Below, piece by piece: positions 31,750 to 39,187 of a DNA stretch of 64,000 bases; the first letter of the stretch is position 1; every line of letters starts with the position of its first letter. This DNA comes from a virus (lineage: Duplodnaviria; Caudoviricetes): the IMG/VR virus record IMGVR_UViG_3300026258_000271, positions 64,001 to 128,000 of that record; one strand, 5' to 3'. Made by a program: the position numbers and the translations under genes. The notes beneath the pieces were generated by a model. That model was given only the letters and a program-made list of their open reading frames with translations. It was not told the origin of the DNA and searched no databases.

Positions 31750-32278
31750 AAAGACTGATCCTCCCATCCTGTGTTACTTCATCTACTCCATGAACACTGT
31801 GTTCGTTGTTTAACAATGCATATCCTTTATTTTTTTCAAAATCAAATGTGTGCAACTTTTTTTTATTTTTTCCATAAAGGCTAGTGCCAACACTATTGTT
31901 AGATAGATAGATCTGCAGATGCAGTTTGATTGTTGGATCATCAACGTGAGGTGTCAAGGAATAACCTTTACCGTCAATCCACACATCAAGCGAACTGAAT
32001 TTTAGATCTATGTTAAATTTTTTCTTTAGGGCCTGAGTTATCTTAGAATTCATAAAAAAAATTTTAAGTTTCTTCATGTCTATATCATCATCTCTCAACT
32101 TAACACGATTTGAATCTTTTTGTTTTTCCAATTTTTCAAAACTTTTTTTATTATCCAACGTCAAGTTGAAACTATTACCAAAAAAATTATTATATTCTTG
32201 GTAAACTAAACCGTCTAAATTTACCAAAGGTGTATTTTCTATTGACAAAACCACTTCTTGTGTGCTTAAATTAAACAT
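31733..32278 (-). CDS. 2OG-Fe(II) oxygenase
   Basis: HxD (PHVDD), LQIYL, distal His (HGV) and RISLY. Confidence 0.75.
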   Translation of the reverse strand: MFNLSTQEVVLSIENTPLVNLDGLVYQEYNNFFGNSFNLTLDNKKSFEKLEKQKDSNRVKLRDDDIDMKKLKIFFMNSKITQALKKKFNIDLKFSSLDVWIDGKGYSLTPHVDDPTIKLHLQIYLSNNSVGTSLYGKNKKKLHTFDFEKNKGYALLNNEHSVHGVDEVTQDGRISLYARYS

Positions 32279-32322
32279 ATGTTAATTAATTATATCGTAC
32301 GAACATAGGAAGGACAATTAAT

Positions 32323-32514
32323 ATGTCACAAACACATGAATCGATCATGACAGAGATTCAAACTTACTCTGAAGAGAACAGCAAGTTCACAGAGAAAGGC
32401 GTTAAGGCTTCGGCTACTAGAGCCAGAAAAGCATTAGCAAATCTTTCTAAATTGATCAAAGCAAGAAGAAAAGAAATTCAGGAAGTTAAGAACGCGGCAA
32501 AAACTGCGGCGTAA
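32323..32514 (+). CDS. Small basic histone H1-like (Hc1-type) protein
   Basis: KFTEKGVKASATRARKAL..LIKARRKEI; AGGA RBS; own terminator. Confidence 0.7.
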   Translation: MSQTHESIMTEIQTYSEENSKFTEKGVKASATRARKALANLSKLIKARRKEIQEVKNAAKTAA

Positions 32515-32538
32515 TTAATATTGAATTGCAATTCTTAG

Positions 32539-32570
32539 AACCCTCGGCTTTTACTAGTCGGGGGTTTTTT
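32539..32570 (+). terminator. Intrinsic terminator
   Basis: ccctcggct/agtcggggg stem followed by T6, between convergent genes. Confidence 0.75.
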
Positions 32571-33441
32571 ATTTGCACGTTCCACACATTGTAAGACAAG
32601 TGGGTATGTAATTTTTTTGTTTGATTGTGCTCAGTATATCTACTGAAGTGTGTTCTGTCTTTTCCAAATAACAACAAGGTGTAAGTCTACCCAAGGCACT
32701 TAGAAAAAGACTTTTCAATGCTAAATGCATACAGTCCTTTGTCTGCACTGTGTTGTTTTCAACACCGAGAGTGTTCTTGTGCAGTATACCATCTTTCCTT
32801 TCCCATTGTTTGCGATGTCCTGACCATGGTTCTATTTTTACAGGCTCTCCTGTTCTATAGTCAAATGCCTTTTTATGATATCTTGCATTTTTAATAAATT
32901 CGAATCTTCGAAATCCAAGTTTGGCGGACATCCTCATACAGTCCTTAATTTGGTGTTCGTTGTGTTTGAACGGAATAAACTGCCAAACTGCTTTTCCGCC
33001 TGCTTGTATAAATGAGGTTGCGTTACCGATAACCTTTTTCCAATTGGTACCTTGTCTGTAAATGCTGTGAGTGTCTTCTAATCCATCCAAAGCAAACCAA
33101 ACTTCCAAATCGGGTAGTCTATCCGGAAGTTCTTTCCACCATTTTTTTGTCCGTAAACTGCCGTTGGTCTGTAATTGGACCGATACTCCGGCCTTTGCCA
33201 ATACATCTATATGCTTGTCAATTAGTTTACCTGCACAAGGATCACCATAAACTCCGCATAGTTGCACAGTCTCCAAAGACGGCAACTTTGCTATTGTGTC
33301 GGACAACTTATCAACCGGCAGGTCCGTGACCTTCACACCGCTGAGTCCATAGCCGAAATTGTTACGTCCACATCCACTGCACCATGCGTTGCATCTAGTG
33401 GATGGTTCAACGTGTAACCATTTAATATCTTGTAGATGCAT
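32569..33441 (-). CDS. Radical SAM protein with C-terminal Cys cluster (SPASM/twitch-like)
   Basis: CNAWCSGC (CxxxCxxC), GDP, TNGS, FALDG; C-terminal PCC..CLTMC. Confidence 0.85.
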   Translation of the reverse strand: MHLQDIKWLHVEPSTRCNAWCSGCGRNNFGYGLSGVKVTDLPVDKLSDTIAKLPSLETVQLCGVYGDPCAGKLIDKHIDVLAKAGVSVQLQTNGSLRTKKWWKELPDRLPDLEVWFALDGLEDTHSIYRQGTNWKKVIGNATSFIQAGGKAVWQFIPFKHNEHQIKDCMRMSAKLGFRRFEFIKNARYHKKAFDYRTGEPVKIEPWSGHRKQWERKDGILHKNTLGVENNTVQTKDCMHLALKSLFLSALGRLTPCCYLEKTEHTSVDILSTIKQKNYIPTCLTMCGTCK

Positions 33442-33846
33442 TTATTTCAATATGCCTTTACCGTGTACCCTTACACGTATATGCCCATTGTAGTAATCGT
33501 TTGTTTCTAGCACCTTACGTGCAAACTGCTCACGTGCCTCAACGTAAGATAGTTCTGCTTTGGACTTGCAGAAAAAAAGTATTTCTCTCTTGAACTTGTC
33601 CTTGCCTAGTTTATTAACATCCATAGTGAGATCATCACTTGACCCGTAATAGTCTTGCCAATCAGAATTAACCTTGTATCTACGCTTGTTCTTTCTGCCT
33701 TTCAGTGGTGGTCTGGATCTTTTAAATCTAGCAAGTTTCTTACCTACGTACATCCTACCGTTGGTTGTATTTGTAATAAGGTACACAAATCCCACAACGT
33801 TTTCTGGCATATTGGTAATTTCATTTCCTTGATAAGTCCAATGCAT
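33442..33846 (-). CDS. Minimal GIY-YIG family nuclease
   Basis: GFVYLITN..GRMYVGKK, YYGSS, FKREIL, conserved E and YYN. Start reassigned to MHWTY (33846), just after TAAATA. Confidence 0.7.
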   Translation of the reverse strand: MHWTYQGNEITNMPENVVGFVYLITNTTNGRMYVGKKLARFKRSRPPLKGRKNKRRYKVNSDWQDYYGSSDDLTMDVNKLGKDKFKREILFFCKSKAELSYVEAREQFARKVLETNDYYNGHIRVRVHGKGILK

Positions 33847-33900
33847 AGCCATATTTAAAGCCAAAAAGATTGACCTACAAAGAAAACTCATATAAACATA

Positions 33901-34312
33901 TGCGATAGGCACATCTCAATTTCAATCAGGCAAACATAGCATCGCAACCAGTGAGCAAGGAAATGCGGCAGAAATGCGACAGGTGAATCCTTAGATGCAG
34001 ACAGCAAAAAATGATGAGGCTCCTAGAAAAAGATAGACCTCAGATTTACCAAGAACCATTATACAGGGGTTTGGTAGATTCGCGTTGTAATGAATGAGCA
34101 AACGGGTACAGCACAACCGCCCGACGCAAGTAGCGATGTATAGTGACTGTGAACTCACCACAGAGTTTAGTCAGTTCGGCTAGAGATAGCCGAATTGTGA
34201 CTGCTCATCTACCACAGAGAACGCATACTGCGTTCAAGTTTTTTACAACTGCGTAAGTTAAAAAAAGAAACGAGCGTAAGCGAAGTTTCAGATGGCGTAA
34301 GCCGTCTCTGAA
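33901..34312 (+). ncRNA. Putative large structured non-coding RNA (family not recognised)
   Basis: No ORF of 60 aa or more. About 10 helices found by eye, including nested long-range pairs, GNRA loops and G-U wobbles that favour the + strand. Confidence 0.6.
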
Positions 34313-34330
34313 TCAGCAGTAAGTATTAGC

Positions 34331-35104
34331 ATGGAACTACTATTCGATCACACTTTCGGCAAACAGGAACAGCAGGACCTAGTGATATGCAAACCCATGG
34401 CCATAGTGGACCATGACGAGGAGGCGGAGGCATTGGACCGAGGCTGGCTGGCGCTGGACCACCCCATAGACAAGCACAAAGAAGTTTTCTACCAATCACG
34501 TAGCACACGCATAAACATGGACCTGTACCGTCCCAGATACAAGTCACACACCTACAATGGTGAGCAGATAGGCGTAAAGGTTATCGACGCATCTGAGATG
34601 GTTAAACTGTTGTCGCTACCGCACATCTACAAGCAGTACATGAAGCGGAAAAATTTTGGCGCGGACTACGACCCGTTCGCACACTATCACAAGCGTGACC
34701 AGTTCATGGTGTTCTACCTGGGCACCGCTGACAACATTGTGGGATTCACCAAACAGAAGAGATACAGGTTCCAGGAGGACAACTACTCGACCATAGACAC
34801 CTTTGACTCACAGGACCTGGCGGGACTGGAGAGCGTGATACACGCCAACACCATACCCATATCGGACATCACGCTGGACATGGAGATCGAGTGGGCCAGC
34901 AATCACTACGTGAGGTACTTCTACATGGGTTCGGGGTATGAGCAGAGCTCGGAATACAAGGCCAACTACAAGGGATTCGAATGGTGGACCGGCACCGAGT
35001 GGAGCACCAACAAGAAGCAGTATCGTAGATTGTGTCGCAGGGACAGTAAACTCACTGAGTTTTCCGCTCTCGGAAACCTTTCACTGATTCCAGATAAGTC
35101 TTAG
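34331..35104 (+). CDS. ATE1/Bpt-like aminoacyl-tRNA--protein transferase-like protein
   Basis: ALDRGW..YQSRSTRI, IYKQY, and C-terminal EIEWA..YFYMG..SEYKANYKGFEWWTGTEW resembling the ATE/Bpt C-terminal domain. Confidence 0.55.
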   Translation: MELLFDHTFGKQEQQDLVICKPMAIVDHDEEAEALDRGWLALDHPIDKHKEVFYQSRSTRINMDLYRPRYKSHTYNGEQIGVKVIDASEMVKLLSLPHIYKQYMKRKNFGADYDPFAHYHKRDQFMVFYLGTADNIVGFTKQKRYRFQEDNYSTIDTFDSQDLAGLESVIHANTIPISDITLDMEIEWASNHYVRYFYMGSGYEQSSEYKANYKGFEWWTGTEWSTNKKQYRRLCRRDSKLTEFSALGNLSLIPDKS

Positions 35105-35570
35105 ACCAGTTCCGGTAATAGGGACCTGACTCCAGCATTTTAGAAAATCTGTTCAACTTGCTCAAACTTTGCACGAGGAACAGCGTGTACTCGCCGTTGT
35201 TGAGTTTCACGTGTCGCACACTCTCGTCGATCCCAGGATGGTCCTCCAGTATCACCACGTCACGGGGCATCTGTTTTTCGTTGAACCATTCCGCCATGCT
35301 CACAGTCTGTTCCGCGGTGAACGTGTCCGGATCACAAATGATGCAGAGCACGTCCTTGTCCCTGCTGTCATACTGACATATGTGCCTGTACACCTGGCGC
35401 CAGTCTGCGTCACGTGGTATCTCCACGAATGCTACCTTGTCCTCTATGATCGCCTTCTGTGCGAACGGACAGGGTGGCAGGTTGCCGAAGACGGGATTTG
35501 GTTTCGTGACGAAATCCTTAATCCAGTTCTTTATCTTCTGTGTCGGGGTCTGTTTCTTCTGTTGAGTCAT
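35052..35570 (-). CDS. DUF1415-like protein
   Basis: WIKDFV..NLPPCPFA motif and LEDHP. Confidence 0.5.
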   Translation of the reverse strand: MTQQKKQTPTQKIKNWIKDFVTKPNPVFGNLPPCPFAQKAIIEDKVAFVEIPRDADWRQVYRHICQYDSRDKDVLCIICDPDTFTAEQTVSMAEWFNEKQMPRDVVILEDHPGIDESVRHVKLNNGEYTLFLVQSLSKLNRFSKMLESGPYYRNWSKTYLESVKGFRERKTQ

Positions 35571-35835
35571 CCGTCAGTGATTTGATCCTTTCAAGTGCCT
35601 GTTCAAGCAGTCGTTCCTTGGTCTCCAGTCGGGCCTCCAGGTCTGCCATCTTCTTGTTCTGCTCACCTATCTTGTGGCCCATGCTCTGCACGTCGTCTGT
35701 TGCGTGTTCGAGTTTTATCATGACCTGCCTCATACGGCTCTCCTTGGTCTTGCACTTCGCCAGGGCATCATCTCGGTCCTGTGTGAGTTCCTTGATGTTT
35801 TCCTTAAGTTCTCGAACTAGATCTCGTTCTGACAT
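35518..35835 (-). CDS. Coiled-coil hypothetical protein
   Basis: 105 aa, heptad-rich with an acidic tail. Confidence 0.65.
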   Translation of the reverse strand: MSERDLVRELKENIKELTQDRDDALAKCKTKESRMRQVMIKLEHATDDVQSMGHKIGEQNKKMADLEARLETKERLLEQALERIKSLTDDSTEETDPDTEDKELD

Positions 35836-35886
35836 AATGTTCTGTAATTATCTGCTTTTTCAAACACCATTATAGTATACTATATT

Positions 35887-36108
35887 CTAGAAGAAAGGCT
35901 GACCACTTTTTTTGGTAGTTTCCAAGTTATCTTTTACCAGTTGTGCAATGATTTCACGTTCTGTTGGGCTCAAAGCGGAGGCTTCTGAGTAGGTCATTCC
36001 GCCACGCATGTACCAACATATCTTCATGAGTTCATGTTTGTACTCTTTTTGGGAGTTTTCCATGTCCTTCAAAGTTTTTATAATTTCAGAATTCGTTTGT
36101 GAAAGCAA
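35887..36108 (-). CDS. Baseplate hub assembly protein (gp51-like); possibly the frameshift extension of the upstream gene
   Basis: ICWYMRGGMTYSEASALSPTERE; -1 frame relative to the upstream gene. Alternative ATG at 36063. Confidence 0.65.
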   Translation of the reverse strand: MLSQTNSEIIKTLKDMENSQKEYKHELMKICWYMRGGMTYSEASALSPTEREIIAQLVKDNLETTKKSGQPFF

Positions 36109-36110
36109 GG

Positions 36111-36965
36111 TTATACGAAAAAATTTGCGTTGTCAAAACTCACTGGTATCTCGTAATTTGTAGGTGCACCTTTTTTGATCTGTTCTTCGGTGGCCTTCAA
36201 CTTCAATGGTTTGACAGCACCCTGCGATCTCAACTCAATCATCTTTGTTTCGATCTCTTTGATGATTTTTGCATTCGCTTTGTCGAAGAACTCTTTGATT
36301 TGTGCGGGATCAGTCACCTCAGTGCCATCCGGCATCACGATGCTTTGCATATTTTTCAACAACACATTTGAATTCAGTTCTGTTAATTTTTTAAATGCCT
36401 CATTGAACCTAGTGGTCTTCTCTTCGTCTGCCATCTGTGAGTCCGACACTGCGGTATACATCTTCTGCTGTTGGAAAGTCTGCAAAGATGTCTGTGTCAT
36501 GTCTTTGTATGTCAATGGTCTTACTTTAACTCTCAGTCCGTCGTCCAGTGTGACCTCTGTCAAGATCTTCTCGGCTTTGATGTCTTCAAGCAGTGCTGGA
36601 AGATTTACCGAATGATTCACTGTTTCATTTGCCCCAGGAACAACGAAACTCATGTCCATTGTCTCACCGTATGTGGCTATCCTGATTGCTATCAATATAG
36701 TGTCCAAATCATAACTTTGGATCTGCCATGCGTCCTTGATATCTGGACAACAACTTTGTATAACGTCAACAACTCCCTGGCCGTTCATGAGTGCGTCTGG
36801 TGTTTTGAACCTGATTTCATCCTTGGCCGTCATTGGCATCACTCCCAATTCGCCTGTCTGTGAGGGTGTTACCACGTGTGGTGGATAGTTGGTGCCCGAA
36901 GGCAGTGATACATACAGGGCCGGTTGCCTGAAATACTTGTTAAGTGGATTGCTATTTTCTGTCAT
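36111..36965 (-). CDS. gp26: Baseplate hub subunit / tail assembly chaperone (gp26-like)
   Basis: YVSLPSG..PMTAKDEI..DLDTILIAIRIATYGE..VRPLTY. Confidence 0.75.
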   Translation of the reverse strand: MTENSNPLNKYFRQPALYVSLPSGTNYPPHVVTPSQTGELGVMPMTAKDEIRFKTPDALMNGQGVVDVIQSCCPDIKDAWQIQSYDLDTILIAIRIATYGETMDMSFVVPGANETVNHSVNLPALLEDIKAEKILTEVTLDDGLRVKVRPLTYKDMTQTSLQTFQQQKMYTAVSDSQMADEEKTTRFNEAFKKLTELNSNVLLKNMQSIVMPDGTEVTDPAQIKEFFDKANAKIIKEIETKMIELRSQGAVKPLKLKATEEQIKKGAPTNYEIPVSFDNANFFV

Positions 36966-36975
36966 TTTTTTATTC

Positions 36976-37016
36976 TATAAATATACACTAACAGCGTATA
37001 AGTGTCAATATTTATA
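36976..37016. promoter_or_regulatory. Face-to-face T4-type late promoters
   Basis: TATAAATA on + (36976-36983, towards tape measure) and on - (37009-37016, towards gp26). Confidence 0.65.
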
Positions 37017-37046
37017 TGCGTATAAAAAGGTGCAAAATAAAGTCAT

Positions 37047-39152
37047 ATGGCAATAGATGATAAAGAAATAGAAAATCTGGAAAAACGGATTAGAGGCCTA
37101 TCTTCGGAGATTACAAAAGAAGCAAGGGCCAAAAAAGCGTCCAGAGAACAAGAAGCGAGAATAGCCAGGGACAAAATAAGAGAAGCACGACAAGAGATTA
37201 ATAATCTTAAAAAGAGCAACCCACTCAGAAAAAAATTAACAGACGAACTAGAAGATCAAATTGACAATTACGAGGACCTTAAGAAATCACAGGAAAAACT
37301 TGATGAGGTCACTAAAAAGGTAGGACAGTCATTTATTGGTTTAGGTAAGGCGGCATTCGAAGGATCAGGATCAATCAGTGCTTTCACAGACAATGTGAAA
37401 GGTCTAGGAATATTAGGCAATAGGCTAGATGTCAACATAGAAACATTCAGACAACTGTCACAGTCAGGTGCCAACTTTGGTAAGAGCATAGTGGATCTAA
37501 GAATGGCGGCCCACGACGCCGCGTTGCCTTTGGATGATTTCGCAAAACTTGTTGCAGAAAATTCTCAGAATTTGGCGGCGATAGCAGGGTCATCTTCACA
37601 GGGTGCAAAATTCATAGCACAGTTGGGTCAGCAGACCAGAGACTTGGGCGTCAAGCAATTGGCTCCACTGGGATTCACAGTTGATGAAATAAATGAAACA
37701 CTATTGTTAAACCTAGACTCACAGAGAAGAACCGGAGTGCTAGATCGTTTGACCAGTGATCAACAAAGAGACAGTGCAATATCTTTCGCACTTGAACTTG
37801 ATAGATTAGCAAAACTGACAGGACAGCAAAGAGATGAATTGAGAGCCGCTATCGAAAATCAAAAGAGCAATGAAAGATTCCAAGCGGCATTGCAAGGACA
37901 AACAGAAGAGACTAGAAAAAGATTGCAAGGCTTTGCGGCGACAGTAGAGGGCATCTCTCCGGAATTAGCAACAGGCTTTCAGGACTTGATAGCCAATGCA
38001 GGTGTTCCGGTAACTGATGCCGCACTAGAAATTGCACAGAACGTGCCGCAGGCAGGTGCAGTAATCAAACAGTTGATTGCAGGCACTCTATCAAGTGAAC
38101 AAGCACTTGTGAAATTCAGAGATCTGTCAGCAAACAGTTTGGAAAGATTTAACAAAGTTGCTGTTACTGGACAGGTAGACTTCTTAAGACTTACAGGTGG
38201 TTTCATAGAACTAGGCAGACGAGTAAACGACCTTGGAGAGGTTGAGGCCGAACAAGAAAAACAAGCATCGAAACTAGTAGGAAGTCTAACAACATTCGAA
38301 CAGGCAACTAAAGTGTTAGCAAGTCAATTCCAATCGATAGAGACAGGACTGTTACAGGCGTTTGGTCCGGCCTTGGGCACATTCTTTGATGGTGTGCAGG
38401 GAGCATTTGGCAAGGGCGGAAGCATCGCAACAGTGTTGGCAAAATCTCCAGGTGTGACGGCAGGTTTATTGTTGGCGGGTCTGGGTGGCAAATATCTACT
38501 GGACTTCGGACAACAGGTGGCGGCGATCACAGCAGGTACGTTTGCAGGATTCAAGATGGCTAACCCAACCGGTGGAGGTGCGGGCGGTTTCTTCGGCAAG
38601 GGTGGTGCAGGTAGAACAGGATTAGGAATAGCAGGCAGAGGTGTTGGGATACTAGGAGGTGTGGGATTGGCCGCAGGCGGAGCCGCACAGGCAGGCACCG
38701 CAGAAACGGCCGGTGGCAAAGCAATGGGAGTGCTATCAAGCATGGCCGGTGGAGCAATGATCGGATCTATGATCCCAGGAGTTGGTACACTTATAGGTGG
38801 CGGACTAGGATTGGGTGCAGGTCTATTGGGACTTGCAATGAACAAGAACGGAAGACAATTTGGTGGAGGCATGGATGCTGGTAAAACTTACCTCACAGGT
38901 GAGGCAGGACCAGAAATGATAACGGCAGGAACCAAATCAACTGTCACAGCCAACAACGATCTTAAAACCATATTTGATACACAGGCGCTGGAAAGTAAAA
39001 TGAACACAATGGTAACTGCCTTAAACAACACCAATCAAAGCCTGGCAAGTGTGGCAAACGGCGTAAATACGCTTGTTGCAGTGGAATCTAGGGCATTGAA
39101 AGCCGTTGAAACAACAGCACGTAAAGACCGTAATCAAGTTGGCATAGTTTAG
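37047..39152 (+). CDS. Tape measure protein
   Basis: Long helical A/L/Q/E-rich body, glycine-rich hydrophobic segments, GG..YLTGEAGPEMI motif; adjacent to the chaperone gene. Confidence 0.75.
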   Translation: MAIDDKEIENLEKRIRGLSSEITKEARAKKASREQEARIARDKIREARQEINNLKKSNPLRKKLTDELEDQIDNYEDLKKSQEKLDEVTKKVGQSFIGLGKAAFEGSGSISAFTDNVKGLGILGNRLDVNIETFRQLSQSGANFGKSIVDLRMAAHDAALPLDDFAKLVAENSQNLAAIAGSSSQGAKFIAQLGQQTRDLGVKQLAPLGFTVDEINETLLLNLDSQRRTGVLDRLTSDQQRDSAISFALELDRLAKLTGQQRDELRAAIENQKSNERFQAALQGQTEETRKRLQGFAATVEGISPELATGFQDLIANAGVPVTDAALEIAQNVPQAGAVIKQLIAGTLSSEQALVKFRDLSANSLERFNKVAVTGQVDFLRLTGGFIELGRRVNDLGEVEAEQEKQASKLVGSLTTFEQATKVLASQFQSIETGLLQAFGPALGTFFDGVQGAFGKGGSIATVLAKSPGVTAGLLLAGLGGKYLLDFGQQVAAITAGTFAGFKMANPTGGGAGGFFGKGGAGRTGLGIAGRGVGILGGVGLAAGGAAQAGTAETAGGKAMGVLSSMAGGAMIGSMIPGVGTLIGGGLGLGAGLLGLAMNKNGRQFGGGMDAGKTYLTGEAGPEMITAGTKSTVTANNDLKTIFDTQALESKMNTMVTALNNTNQSLASVANGVNTLVAVESRALKAVETTARKDRNQVGIV

Positions 39153-39187
39153 GTTGCTGAAATGAGGAAAAGATTGTAAAATAACAT

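Noticed and set aside
32242-32272. Sigma70 promoter for the histone-like gene (TTGACA at 32242)
   Set aside because: No convincing -10 hexamer at 17 nt spacing, so not called.
34143-34220. Mini CRISPR array from the repeated gtgactg..accacagag words
   Set aside because: Only two short imperfect copies and no cas genes.
33901-34320. Group I intron, RNase P RNA, tmRNA or tRNA identity for the structured element
   Set aside because: It interrupts no gene, the P/Q/R/S-like words are not in order, and I saw no GAGGAAAGUCC, tRNA-like ends or TpsiC arm. A covariance search is still needed.
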